From a virus (lineage: Duplodnaviria > Caudoviricetes), in the IMG/VR virus record IMGVR_UViG_3300025018_003784, positions 1 through 62,724 of that record: a DNA stretch of 62,724 nucleotides, one strand, 5' to 3'. The translations under genes and the position numbers were made by a program. The notes beneath the pieces are model-generated. The model saw only the letters and a list, made by a program, of their open reading frames with translations. It had not been told where the DNA came from and searched no databases. Below, piece by piece: positions 38,260 to 48,720 of this stretch (positions within the stretch are counted from its first letter, which is position 1; each line of letters begins with the position of its first letter).

Positions 38260-41200
38260 ATGGAATTTCAAGAAAAATTAATCAGAATTCTCAATCCTAA
38301 TTATAGTTTAGAAGTATTAAAATCTAATCTTGTTAAAAAGAATTTTCGTGCCCACTTAATTCGGAAGGAGATAATTAATAAGATTGGAAGAAAGCAAACT
38401 GTCTGGGTAAAAGCTGAAGAATTCCCCATCCCCAAAGAACTTAAATTTGACTTTGATTATTTTAATATCGCAAAAAGATTTAAAGTCGATTTCCCCACTT
38501 TCATTGCAACTGTTAAATACTTTTGGGCAAACAGAGATAAGCTTGCAAATTTCTTGAGAAAAACAAACAAGCCTTGGTTAGAAGGTAAAGATTATACAAA
38601 CAAAAATAAAAATTTACAAGTAAAAAGAAGTAGCAAAAGAAAATATTCTATCGCACTATTGAAATTCTTACAAAAAATTTACGGAGATGAATATGACAGA
38701 GGAAGATATCCGAATTCGGAATCAGAAGAATCTGGAAAAGATGAGGCTGGAAGAACAGCAGCAGATGGAGATGGAAGAGGACCAGGAATTGAATCTGTCT
38801 CAAGAATTAATGCTCGAGGCTATGACTTCGAACGGTATAAAGCAGATAATATCGCAATCGGAAGAGCCAAAGAACAGCAATTCGCAAAAAATAACTACAT
38901 TCCCCAGAGTATTGATGGATATTTAAAACAACATCAAAAAGATTTTGTTAACCTTGCAATTGAAAAGTTCAATGAAGGTGAAAAAGGATCATTCAATTTT
39001 GATGGAACAGGAGCTGGTAAAACAAGACAAGCTTTAGCTTTAGCAGAAACTTATAATCAATCAAAAAATAAGAAAGTATTAATTGTAACACAAAACAGTA
39101 CAATAATTGAAGATGCCTTTCAAAAAGACTCCAAATCAATGGGGTTAGGCGAACTCAATATCCCTAATGACCCATCAGAGTTATCTTCCGATAAAGCAAA
39201 TATTATACCTTATTCTCAACTTCACAAATTTAATAAAGAGAACTTCGACTTAGTAATATTTGATGAGGCTCATAACTTAAAGAATGAATCTTCAGAAAAA
39301 TCTAAGTTAGGCTTAGAAATAATTAAAAACTCAAAAAACGTATGTAATTTCTCTGCAACTCCTCTTGATAAAGTAGATCATCTCATTTATATTGCTGAAA
39401 CTCTGGGATTGAATCATGTTCAATTAGCAGAATCCATGGGTTATGAATATAAAAAGTTCAAAATCAAAAAGGATGGTGTTGTTTCTGAAGAATTCAGAAT
39501 GGTTAAAGACCCTAGCATTCCTATGGAAGAGGTTGCACGTAGGTTAAATAAGTTTTTTACCGAACTAACACAAAAAGGTCTTTGCACTAAGCGTGAAGTT
39601 CCATTGACCAATCTTGATCTTAGTATAAGCAAATCAGATTTACCTAAAGACTTCGCTGAAAAGTATAAAGTTCCTATCGAAGCTTATACTAAAATGATTT
39701 TGGACGATGACAAGAAGAAGGGTTTTGCTCTTATGCAACTCAACCGAATCATGGAACGTGCAAAAGTCGCTAAAACCATTGAAAAAGTTAAAGAGTCTTT
39801 GGCGAAAGGTGAGCAAGCAGTAGTATTTGCTGAAAGTGTAAAATTGAGTTCTGTCTACAAAGAATATGCTTATCTTGAAGATGGATCGAAGAAGTTGGTA
39901 AAAGAGCATTTCATAGATGGAACTATGAATTTATTGGGTAAGGAACTTCAAAAGCTTGGTATTGAATTTGGAACTGTAGCAGGTGGGAAAGGTTCAAAAT
40001 CAAAATCCGAAAAAATAAGCCAGGATATCAAAGATTTCCAATCTGGGAAATTAAAAGTTCTTGTTGGAACTCCAAAATCTGGTGGAACAGGCATATCGCT
40101 TGATGATGTTGAGGGCGATAAGCCTCGAAAGATGTTTATACTTACACCTCCTTTTTCGGCTGTAGAATTCATTCAGGATATAGGTAGAGTTAATCGATTA
40201 ACTACCAAATCCAAAGCAAATGCAGAGATCGTTACATTAAATGGATCACTAACCGATGAGTGGGCAACTTCAATAATTGCAAACAAAGTAAAAGCATTAG
40301 GTGCATCTGTCCAGGGAGATTATGCAAAAATTGATATCGATGAATTAGATTCTCAAAGTAATAATCCGCCTATATTGGAGAATCTTCCTAAAGAACCAAC
40401 TTCTACAACAAAAACAAATGTTGTTCCTCTCCCATCACGTTTAGATCATGGGATACTTAATTTACCTTTACACAAAAGAGGAGAAGGCTCGATCGATGCC
40501 CAATTAGATAGATACAGGAAAGCTAAAGAGAAGGAAGACCGAAAAATGCGGAAGCAAGTATCGCAAGAATTTAAAGAAAATAAATTAAATGCAAAACAAT
40601 TATTCAATGAAAACGGGAATAAAATGATCCAATTTTATTCCGAGAAAATGAAGTTTGATAAAGAACAAACAAAGAACTTTAGAAATAACCTTGAAAGTTA
40701 TACAAAATGGCAACCCACAAAATTCTTAAAGGTTTATGATAAATTTCTCAAAGATAGTTCGAGTCCAACTAATATCTTCAAATCGATCGTCTTGAAATTC
40801 ATTAATGAAGATAATGATGAAATAAATGAAATAATAAAAGCAAGACCTGTTAAATATAAATATAAAGTTCCCACTGGGAATCCCAAAAGGCCATTCTTAT
40901 ATTTCTATAATGATAAAGAATACAATTCATATTTAAAAGCCAGGAAAGCTGTAACAAAAACTATTAAGGATATTAAGAATCAAACTCCGCACACACCTAA
41001 ACCGATTGCATCAACTACTATAAAAACAGATATAAGTCAATCCAAAGAAGTTCATAATCAGGCTCCAAAATTTGAATTACAACAAGAAGCCATTTCACCA
41101 TCAAACAAAAAAGGGATATCTTCCGAACCTAATCTTTTTGGAGTAACAGAACAAACCGAAAGAAAGTATTTAAACCAAAGTTTTCAACCTAAATTCAATC

Positions 41201-44200
41201 CTTCTCGAGAGATTATGAATATCAGTGACTTGGTTACAGAAGTTAAATCAACACTACTCAAGGAAGGATTAGAGAAAAGAGCAAGTGAGTGGATTGATGC
41301 AACTTATAGCACAAACTCAACTATGACAAATGTCTTAAATCTTGCCTATAATTATGTGTTAATCTCTTGTGAAGTAGCAAATAAAATTAGAAAACAAATT
41401 ATCAAATCAAGTGCCAAAGATACTAAATCTAAACTCTTAGATCCAAATGCCAGAAAACAAACATTATCAGCTGAAGGTAAAAATCCTGAGATCGAAGCAC
41501 CTAGGTTAAATCCGGTTGAAGCGAAAGAAGTAACAAAACCTGCTGTTGATTTTTCTAAAGATCCAAAGATAAAAGCTTCCAAATTGGAAAGATATAAAGA
41601 TTGGTGGGACATCTATGAATCTTTGCCTGAAGGGTGGGTGATTGACAGAAAAGCTGGTTCACCTTTAGCGAATACAGTTTTTATTACAAATGGTAAAAAT
41701 ATATTAAATGGACAAAAAAGAGCTTTATTGAGAGTGAAAGCTACTGATACTTCAAAACTTTCTCAAGCTATGCAAGGCAATCAAAATGCAAAAGGAAAGC
41801 ATAATGTGAATCCTGGAATGGGAGGCGCTGGGAATCCACCAACTGATACTCCAATTTCGATTGGTGAGGGAGGAGATGATTCAGAAATAAAAAGAGGAAA
41901 AGAGAATCTTATCAATCTATTCAAATTAGAAAAAGATATAAAAAATGCAATGTACAGACCTGAAATCGGTAACATAGATTTTCTTCTTGGGGAAAATTCA
42001 GGAACACCAGACAAAAGCTATCATAACGGTGCAGGTATAAAGCACATAATTCTTGCTAGGTATTTCCAAGGTATGTCTATTCCTGAGATCCATCAGTTTC
42101 TCTATGGAATAATTGAAACAATCGCAAAGGGTAAGTTTATACAGGAATCTCTCCGAAAAGATAAGACAAGAGCTATAGTTGAGTTGGGCAATATTCGTGT
42201 GATTCTTGTAAAAGGAGAAGGAAGCTGGATTCTAACGGGGTATGAAAAGAAATCTGTTGGACAAGGTAAGGAGTCTGACTTAGCCTTGCCTACGCACAAT
42301 TTCGCTATTCCTAGTCACGACAAAGTGGGAGCAGATTTCATTTCAAAGATTATTGATAGTGAAAGAAAAGTCAATTCGAAAATTGCTTTTGAAAAAAGAG
42401 CCTCCAAGACTTTAATTGACCCTCTTGGACAAGGTGAGTCGAGGACGAATCTGGATAAACCAGAAACTGGGATTTTAGACTCAAACTCTCAGTTATTATT
42501 CTCAAACATCAATAAAAAAAGTCAATCAAAAATTCAAGATAACATTGCAGAAACTAAGGATGAGTTAGCAAAGAAAAGAAAACTTACTGAATCGTTACTG
42601 AAGAATTCCTTCGATCCTGGGAAGATTCTATATCGAGGAGAAGATGAAGGTAGAGTAATTGTTCGTGAAGCAGTTGTAGAAGATGACAAGTTGTTTTATA
42701 TAGTTTCACCAGCAAAAATCAAAGGTGCTTCTCAAATTGAGGACTTTAAAGATTCAAGAGAATCTGTTGAAGCCAGAGAACTTCGATCTGCTCCTGAACT
42801 AGATTCATCTAAGATAACTGAAATAATTAAATCGGTTACTCCAGAGAATAGGATAAAAGCTAATAAAGAACTGTTAGGAACAAAAGATAAGAACATAACA
42901 AAGTATGATTGGGCAAGATTATCAATAGATAAAGACTATTCCCCAAAAATAAGCAATTTTACTTTTTTTGATGGAAATACTGAAACATTACTTGATTACT
43001 CAGGAATGGATCCATCGGATATAATGCCCTATGATTCAAAGATGGGTCTTGCTGATTTGCCAAAACCGAAATGGATGCCTGAATTTAATGCACAACGCCT
43101 AAGCTACAGATTACCTTATGTTGATATCGAAATTAACGGCGAACGTAAATTTCTCTGCAGATTAAATACTTTAACTCCAGTGTATAAAGATGATTATCCA
43201 GATGGAATTAGAAGGGTAGTAAGGGTAGATGCAAATTTTACAAATTACGTTTTCACCCAAGAACAAATTATTTCTATCGAAACATATTATTTGAATAAAG
43301 CAAAGGAACTCCATAAAATTTATAAAGAAAAGATTAAGAATCGAGAAGAGATGGATCCTGAGATCAGAAAGCATTACAAAAAGCCTATCCCTATGTCTGC
43401 TACGAAGCTGAATTATGATCATTATGATTTGATAGCTTTAAGACTATTTGGAAAAAAAGGGCTTTTGAGTCGGGAACAAAGAGACCAATTATGGAAGTAT
43501 TGGAAAAATATCGCCGAAGAAATGAAGTATCGAGAGATTGATTTGCGATTAGGATTCTTGGACGCTTATGATGAATCGACTTATCAAAAGGGCAAGGAAA
43601 CTTCTTACGGAGATTCCAGAACAGTATCCAATATTTTGAATTCCCATGGTGTATTAGTCAAAATGCAAAATGGCAAACCAGTTGATCCGAAGAGTTTAAA
43701 GGATATTGAATCGTCTCTATCTAAAGTCTATTCTGTATTTGGTGATAGATCAACCATGGCAAAAAACTTTGGATTAAAAATTAGTCATTCTGGTGAAAAG
43801 ATGATGCACGCTGCAAAGGCTGTGGGAATGTTTATTCCATCAATGAATGCAATTGGAGTTTCATTTGCTGATCCTAGCCATTCTAGTATAACGCTTGCTC
43901 ATGAATTTGCTCATTTTATGGATTATTACCTTGGAAAGAAAAATGGAGCAAAAGGTTCAAATTATGCCTCAACAGGGTATGGAATTGAAAATCAAATTGC
44001 TGATACATTCAGAAAAGGGATTTCAGAAGAATATAAACAAAAAGAATACTGGGCGAGATCAATAGAATGCTTTGCTAGAGCCTTTGAATGTTATTTTACT
44101 AAAAAAATGTCTCTGCCTCATGATGATAGAGGAGGAGCAAATCCAAAACTCGATTATTATGAAAAAGAAGTTATTCCTTTAATTGAAAAGTTTTTTGAAG

Positions 44201-44322
44201 AGAAACAAGATGTATTAAAATCATTTTTTGGGGACTTGCAAATAAACAGAAAGGAAGAGATTATGAAGAGGATCGTAAAACAGGCTATGAATGATGTAAG
44301 GAAAAATAAAATCGCATCTTGA
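38260..44322 (+). CDS. large polyvalent protein: SF2 (Strawberry-notch/DarB-like) helicase, PBECR RNase-like and LPD1/zincin-like domains
   Basis: 'DGTGAGKT', 'FDEAHNLKN', 'SAT', 'GTGISL', 'QDIGRVNR'; 'IGNIDFLLG...GIKHII...WILTGY'; 'LAHEFAHFMD...YWARSIECFARAFECY'. Confidence 0.85.
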   Translation: MEFQEKLIRILNPNYSLEVLKSNLVKKNFRAHLIRKEIINKIGRKQTVWVKAEEFPIPKELKFDFDYFNIAKRFKVDFPTFIATVKYFWANRDKLANFLRKTNKPWLEGKDYTNKNKNLQVKRSSKRKYSIALLKFLQKIYGDEYDRGRYPNSESEESGKDEAGRTAADGDGRGPGIESVSRINARGYDFERYKADNIAIGRAKEQQFAKNNYIPQSIDGYLKQHQKDFVNLAIEKFNEGEKGSFNFDGTGAGKTRQALALAETYNQSKNKKVLIVTQNSTIIEDAFQKDSKSMGLGELNIPNDPSELSSDKANIIPYSQLHKFNKENFDLVIFDEAHNLKNESSEKSKLGLEIIKNSKNVCNFSATPLDKVDHLIYIAETLGLNHVQLAESMGYEYKKFKIKKDGVVSEEFRMVKDPSIPMEEVARRLNKFFTELTQKGLCTKREVPLTNLDLSISKSDLPKDFAEKYKVPIEAYTKMILDDDKKKGFALMQLNRIMERAKVAKTIEKVKESLAKGEQAVVFAESVKLSSVYKEYAYLEDGSKKLVKEHFIDGTMNLLGKELQKLGIEFGTVAGGKGSKSKSEKISQDIKDFQSGKLKVLVGTPKSGGTGISLDDVEGDKPRKMFILTPPFSAVEFIQDIGRVNRLTTKSKANAEIVTLNGSLTDEWATSIIANKVKALGASVQGDYAKIDIDELDSQSNNPPILENLPKEPTSTTKTNVVPLPSRLDHGILNLPLHKRGEGSIDAQLDRYRKAKEKEDRKMRKQVSQEFKENKLNAKQLFNENGNKMIQFYSEKMKFDKEQTKNFRNNLESYTKWQPTKFLKVYDKFLKDSSSPTNIFKSIVLKFINEDNDEINEIIKARPVKYKYKVPTGNPKRPFLYFYNDKEYNSYLKARKAVTKTIKDIKNQTPHTPKPIASTTIKTDISQSKEVHNQAPKFELQQEAISPSNKKGISSEPNLFGVTEQTERKYLNQSFQPKFNPSREIMNISDLVTEVKSTLLKEGLEKRASEWIDATYSTNSTMTNVLNLAYNYVLISCEVANKIRKQIIKSSAKDTKSKLLDPNARKQTLSAEGKNPEIEAPRLNPVEAKEVTKPAVDFSKDPKIKASKLERYKDWWDIYESLPEGWVIDRKAGSPLANTVFITNGKNILNGQKRALLRVKATDTSKLSQAMQGNQNAKGKHNVNPGMGGAGNPPTDTPISIGEGGDDSEIKRGKENLINLFKLEKDIKNAMYRPEIGNIDFLLGENSGTPDKSYHNGAGIKHIILARYFQGMSIPEIHQFLYGIIETIAKGKFIQESLRKDKTRAIVELGNIRVILVKGEGSWILTGYEKKSVGQGKESDLALPTHNFAIPSHDKVGADFISKIIDSERKVNSKIAFEKRASKTLIDPLGQGESRTNLDKPETGILDSNSQLLFSNINKKSQSKIQDNIAETKDELAKKRKLTESLLKNSFDPGKILYRGEDEGRVIVREAVVEDDKLFYIVSPAKIKGASQIEDFKDSRESVEARELRSAPELDSSKITEIIKSVTPENRIKANKELLGTKDKNITKYDWARLSIDKDYSPKISNFTFFDGNTETLLDYSGMDPSDIMPYDSKMGLADLPKPKWMPEFNAQRLSYRLPYVDIEINGERKFLCRLNTLTPVYKDDYPDGIRRVVRVDANFTNYVFTQEQIISIETYYLNKAKELHKIYKEKIKNREEMDPEIRKHYKKPIPMSATKLNYDHYDLIALRLFGKKGLLSREQRDQLWKYWKNIAEEMKYREIDLRLGFLDAYDESTYQKGKETSYGDSRTVSNILNSHGVLVKMQNGKPVDPKSLKDIESSLSKVYSVFGDRSTMAKNFGLKISHSGEKMMHAAKAVGMFIPSMNAIGVSFADPSHSSITLAHEFAHFMDYYLGKKNGAKGSNYASTGYGIENQIADTFRKGISEEYKQKEYWARSIECFARAFECYFTKKMSLPHDDRGGANPKLDYYEKEVIPLIEKFFEEKQDVLKSFFGDLQINRKEEIMKRIVKQAMNDVRKNKIAS
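42244..42374 (-). ncRNA. candidate antisense sRNA cassette C1 with promoter
   Basis: Minus-strand TTGACT-N16-TAATCT (42374-42347); closing stem GAAATCTG/CAGATTTC; T-run. Confidence 0.55.
42392..42525 (-). ncRNA. candidate antisense sRNA cassette C2
   Basis: Minus-strand TTGACT at 42525 with weaker -10; closing stem AGAGUUU/AGGCUCU plus T-run; shares TTGGACAAGGT with C1. Confidence 0.45.
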
Positions 44323-44324
44323 TT

Positions 44325-44349
44325 CCGATAATTTGCTTTCATTCAGAAT
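44325..44349 (+). promoter_or_regulatory. late promoter motif CCGATA-N13-CAGAAT
   Basis: 6 nt before ATG 44356. Confidence 0.65.
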
Positions 44350-44355
44350 GAAAGA

Positions 44356-45078
44356 ATGAAAGCAAAGTCAATTAACATTATCTATCAATTCCTATGGTTT
44401 AGCATTTTCTCGATCTTTAATCCTTCACCTAAAAAGACATTATCGTTAGATGAGTTTTTAGTTCGTTCAATTGAAAGGTTCACCTTTCAAATAAAACTAG
44501 CTAGATTTCTTTCTAATATATTTAAAGTAAAAATCTTATTATTGATTGGGGATTCCAATTCTGGGGTTTTCAATTCGTATTCCTCTGCGATTCGATTCAA
44601 TGCCATAACAATAACTTTAGGAGTTCCAGGTACTCAATCACTACAATGGAATAAACTACTAGAGTTAGATGAAGCGAAAGAGTTGAAATCATTATTAGAT
44701 TGGATTGATAAAGAACATATTTTTTGCTGGAATATTGGAGGAAATTTTGTCCTTCAAGGTTTGATGTCTGAAGCTGAAGAATCTCTTTTAAAATTATGGA
44801 AACTTTTTCCTAATTCATTCAACATACTAATCCCACCTATCCATACTTCACTTTTAGAGTCAGTTCCAAATGATATCGATTATGAATATGATGTTGAAAT
44901 AATTAACTCATATATTATGAGATTTTGGGGAATCCGGGCAATCAATCTTAGATTACTCTTTTTGAATCCTTGGACAAATGATTCTTGGTATGGATATTTA
45001 TCTGATCCAGTTCATTATTCATTCAAAGGAAAAAAGATTATTGCCAGAGCATTGAATATGGTTCTAGGTTTTGCGTAA
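44356..45078 (+). CDS. SGNH/GDSL-family hydrolase
   Basis: Block I 'LLIGDSN', block III 'IGGN', block V 'DPVHYS'. Confidence 0.75.
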   Translation: MKAKSINIIYQFLWFSIFSIFNPSPKKTLSLDEFLVRSIERFTFQIKLARFLSNIFKVKILLLIGDSNSGVFNSYSSAIRFNAITITLGVPGTQSLQWNKLLELDEAKELKSLLDWIDKEHIFCWNIGGNFVLQGLMSEAEESLLKLWKLFPNSFNILIPPIHTSLLESVPNDIDYEYDVEIINSYIMRFWGIRAINLRLLFLNPWTNDSWYGYLSDPVHYSFKGKKIIARALNMVLGFA

Positions 45079-45080
45079 TA

Positions 45081-45476
45081 ATGCCAAGCTTTCTTGGACC
45101 ATACAGCTTAGATGAATTTCCAGAGGATAATCTATTGAAAAAGATAAACATAGTAAAGATCACTATAGATAGCAGTAGCAATCCAGGTACTTATAACTTA
45201 GGCGATATTCTCCAAGCTGGTACCCAGATTCTTCAGTTTTTCATAAAGATCCGAAATCCTTTTGAGAACTCTGAACCTAGTTTAACAATAGGAACGAATT
45301 CAGAACCAATCAAATTTGCAGATTCAAGTGAAAGTGTAGATTTTTCAACTCAAGGAATATTTGTAGGTATGAGTTTTGAGACACTGGAATTTGCATCACA
45401 GATAAAGTGCTATTGGAATCCAAATGGTGCTATTAATGGAGAGATGGATGTGTACGCTTTGTTGTCCGATCCATAA
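45081..45476 (+). CDS. putative virion structural/decoration protein
   Basis: Beta-rich 131-aa protein upstream of head genes. Confidence 0.45.
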   Translation: MPSFLGPYSLDEFPEDNLLKKINIVKITIDSSSNPGTYNLGDILQAGTQILQFFIKIRNPFENSEPSLTIGTNSEPIKFADSSESVDFSTQGIFVGMSFETLEFASQIKCYWNPNGAINGEMDVYALLSDP

Positions 45477-45485
45477 TTTTTTTTT

Positions 45486-45510
45486 CCGATAAACTGAATT
45501 AACATAAAAT
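45486..45510 (+). promoter_or_regulatory. late promoter motif CCGATA-N13-TAAAAT (head operon)
   Basis: Just before TTG 45516 / ATG 45519. Confidence 0.7.
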
Positions 45511-45515
45511 CAGGA

Positions 45516-46445
45516 TTGATGATGCAACAAGCTGAATTTATCCACGATTTTTCAATTATGAAAGCATTCCCTATGCCTAGAGGCAATGGGATTAGGATAT
45601 TGATTAAGGCCTCAACCGAGAAAGAAGATAGAGTAGGTGAAGTGATCCTAAAGTCTGCTTATGCAGACACCCAAATGAGGAGTAACTTTCTTGATGAAGG
45701 CTATTTAGATTATAATCATTTAACAGATATAATTGATAAAGAAATTATCAATTCAGGAGGAAAGATTTCCCCTGAACGTTTGACCGAACTTCAAAAATCT
45801 AAGATTCAAGCAATTATTGGATATCCCCAAGCCGTAGGCACTAGAGATGAGTTTCCTTCTGAATATAAATTGGTAGATGATGGCTTTTATATTCTCGGTT
45901 CATTGATTCCTGGCAATGTTTATGCGGAAGAAATAAGGAAAGGGCTTGAGGCTGGCTTTGCAGGTTGGGGAGCTTCGGTATCCGGAAAGGCTCATAGATC
46001 CGATTTCGATGGGAATACTTTAAAAAGAATTCACCTTCGAAAATGTGCAATTCAACCCAAGAGTGATTCTATTAACAATGACACTGCAGTGACTTTGATG
46101 AAAAGCAACATCCTCATGCTGAAAGATGTTCAAAAATCTTTTCTCGCAAGCCAGGATTCATCCTTTGTTGAAGAAAGCAACATAGAAGACCTTTCATTAC
46201 TTCGTAAATTGCAAGTTAAATACAATGCTCTCTATGATTTTGTTTCCAATGATCCAATAGCTTCTCAAAGATATATGGAAAAAATTTTTTCCGATATTGT
46301 TTCCCGTGTTATTTCTAAGGAAATGTCTGTGAAAACTATATCAATCAGAGATTGGATTAGTACACAATATGGTTTAGAAGGGGATCTGTTAGAAGAGATG
46401 ACAGACACTTTCTTTATTAAACTAAATGGAGAAATTAATGTTTGA
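45516..46445 (+). CDS. prohead maturation protease
   Basis: 'ASTEKEDRVGEVI...GYLDYNH...WGASVSG...CAI'; upstream of scaffold and capsid. Confidence 0.75.
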   Translation: MMMQQAEFIHDFSIMKAFPMPRGNGIRILIKASTEKEDRVGEVILKSAYADTQMRSNFLDEGYLDYNHLTDIIDKEIINSGGKISPERLTELQKSKIQAIIGYPQAVGTRDEFPSEYKLVDDGFYILGSLIPGNVYAEEIRKGLEAGFAGWGASVSGKAHRSDFDGNTLKRIHLRKCAIQPKSDSINNDTAVTLMKSNILMLKDVQKSFLASQDSSFVEESNIEDLSLLRKLQVKYNALYDFVSNDPIASQRYMEKIFSDIVSRVISKEMSVKTISIRDWISTQYGLEGDLLEEMTDTFFIKLNGEINV

Positions 46446-47178
46446 AGAAGCTTTAAAAAAACTTCGTGAGTCTCTTGGTAAACAAGATGTTCAAAAATCT
46501 AACCTTCCTAGTGAAACAGAAACTGGAGATGATTCTCCTATAGATGATCCATCTTCATTAGATCTAGGTGAATTGGCTTCAACGGCCGTAGTATTATTCG
46601 AGACAGGAGATTTAGCTCCTGACCTTGACTCTGTTAGTGAATGGGCAAAGTCGCAAGGCGTAGAAGAGAAAGACTTGGAAGACTTCAGCAATTCAGTAAT
46701 CGATGGATATTTTGAAGATGATGCAACTGATACTGTGGGAACTCAAGATGATATCATGAATGAAAGTGGAGAAGGAAATATGGGTAATGACGAGATTCAA
46801 AAATCTCTTTTAGCGATTAACGAAAATCAGGCTTTGCTGGCTGAAGGTCTCAATAAGGTAATTGAGCAACAAACGAAAATGGGTGAAATGTCAAAGGAAA
46901 TCGAAGTCTTGAAATCAACTATCGCAAAGCTTCAAGTTACCCCAGCTCCTAGTTCACAAAAAACACCAGTTATAGAACAGGATGTAACTAAAGGTGCATC
47001 TGCTTCTGCACCAGCTGTAATGTCTCCCGAGAAGATGAAGGAAGCTGAATTAATTATTTTGAAAGGCATCCAAGCTGGCGATCTAGCACTTGAAGAAATG
47101 ACATTCTTCGAACATAACAGAAAGCTTTCTGAGAATGCACAAAGCTATGTAGATTCTAAACTAAGAGAGGGAAAATAA
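46438..47178 (+). CDS. capsid scaffold-like protein
   Basis: Acidic and coiled-coil, between protease and MCP; GGAG RBS before ATG 46438. Confidence 0.7.
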   Translation: MFEEALKKLRESLGKQDVQKSNLPSETETGDDSPIDDPSSLDLGELASTAVVLFETGDLAPDLDSVSEWAKSQGVEEKDLEDFSNSVIDGYFEDDATDTVGTQDDIMNESGEGNMGNDEIQKSLLAINENQALLAEGLNKVIEQQTKMGEMSKEIEVLKSTIAKLQVTPAPSSQKTPVIEQDVTKGASASAPAVMSPEKMKEAELIILKGIQAGDLALEEMTFFEHNRKLSENAQSYVDSKLREGK

Positions 47179-48635
47179 TGTCTTTCATCCCAGGACAATA
47201 TTCATTAGATCAGATCCTCGAAATTCGAAAAGCATTCGAGGCTAACACTGCACAAGGTGGAATTTCACCATTTGTAGATGGTGGTTCGGGAGCTGCATTA
47301 TCAATGCAGTCATTGGACAAGACATTTGTAAGTCTTGTTTCTTCAGATAAAGATTTTAGATTTTTATCTCAAGTTCCTAAACGATCTGTCAAACAAGTCA
47401 TTGCAGAATACAATAAAAACAAGTCTCATGGCGGTGGTTGGTACCGATCTTCCCATATCGGTCAATCAGACGAGCCAAGATTTAGAGACGTAGTTCTAAA
47501 AAGGCTATTCGATGAAGTATGCTACGTTGGAGAAGGTTTCGATTATAACAAAGTAGTTGATACCGTGGATAATGTTGCAGATCCTTCCTTAATTCAAGGG
47601 AATGGTGCTCTTAGAAGAGCCATGGAAAACCTAACTAGAGCTTCTTGGTTTCATAAGAAGGCAAACAATCCACTTACTCAAGATGGTATTTTAGAAAAAT
47701 GTTTAGCGGCTTCTTCTGAGTTTGTTATCGATGCACGAGGTCAATTTCCTACGGCTGATGAAATGAAGCATTACAGTGCAGAAATCCGAACTCAATATTT
47801 CGGTCTTCCTAACAAAGCATGGATGCATAATGCTACAAAGGCACTTTACGATCAAATTTATGATGGTAATGGTAAGTCTTGGGTATTCCAAAATGCAAAC
47901 CAAAATCCTGGAAATGTAGGAATGTCCAATATTATCAGAGGGATGTATGATTCCAATGCTAAAGATGAGTATATCAATTTTGAAACAGATATATTCATGG
48001 ATAAGCACAATTGGGGAGTCCCTATGGTTTTGGATGAAGCCACAGGCAATTATGTTGAAGGTCCAACATCATTAACTGAAGCTCCAGCTATTCCTTCGGT
48101 AGTTTTAGCAAATAACGGTTCAACTGTTGGATCCTTATTTTCTTCTTCAGATGCTGGTAGCTATAAGTATCGAGTTTCTGCGGGAACCAATTTAGATTGG
48201 TCAGAAGCAAGTCCAGAGCAAGCAATTGCAGTTGCAGCTGGTGAGGCGGTTGAAATTACAATTACACCTGGTTCTGGTGGAAAACCAGCTACTAGATTCG
48301 TAGTTTTCAGATCAATTAAACCTGGTTCGAACACAATTCGTTACATGATTGAATTGAAAAGAAATCCATCGGGTGATACTGTTCATTTAGATATGAATCA
48401 AGATCTTCCTGGAACAACAATCATCGTGATGGGAGATTTTAACTCACGTTCTACAGTAGATGAGAGTAGAACTTATGTTCTAACAGAGTTATTATCGTTC
48501 ACCAAGACACTTTTCCCTTATGGCGCAGGTGGTAAGCTAAGAACTAAACAAGGAATGGTAGAATTCTACGGGTTAGTTCAATACTTTGCTCCTGAGAAAT
48601 TTCGAGTCTGGAAAAACGTTCCGGTCAGATTGTAA
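47178..48635 (+). CDS. major capsid protein (Herelleviridae-like, with beta-sandwich insertion)
   Basis: 'IRKAF...GAALSMQSLD' resembles A511/Twort-like MCP N-terminus; 'YKYRVSA...SEASP' insertion; followed by a terminator. Confidence 0.85.
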   Translation: MSFIPGQYSLDQILEIRKAFEANTAQGGISPFVDGGSGAALSMQSLDKTFVSLVSSDKDFRFLSQVPKRSVKQVIAEYNKNKSHGGGWYRSSHIGQSDEPRFRDVVLKRLFDEVCYVGEGFDYNKVVDTVDNVADPSLIQGNGALRRAMENLTRASWFHKKANNPLTQDGILEKCLAASSEFVIDARGQFPTADEMKHYSAEIRTQYFGLPNKAWMHNATKALYDQIYDGNGKSWVFQNANQNPGNVGMSNIIRGMYDSNAKDEYINFETDIFMDKHNWGVPMVLDEATGNYVEGPTSLTEAPAIPSVVLANNGSTVGSLFSSSDAGSYKYRVSAGTNLDWSEASPEQAIAVAAGEAVEITITPGSGGKPATRFVVFRSIKPGSNTIRYMIELKRNPSGDTVHLDMNQDLPGTTIIVMGDFNSRSTVDESRTYVLTELLSFTKTLFPYGAGGKLRTKQGMVEFYGLVQYFAPEKFRVWKNVPVRL

Positions 48636-48661
48636 CAAATCTTAAGTTTCAAAGTATAAAG

Positions 48662-48695
48662 AAGGCTTCCTTGAGAAATCAAGTGGAGCCTTTTT
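48662..48695 (+). terminator. rho-independent terminator after MCP
   Basis: AAGGCTTCCTTGA...TCAAGTGGAGCCTTTTT. Confidence 0.8.
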
Positions 48696-48720
48696 CATTT
48701 GTTAAACATTCATAAAAAAT

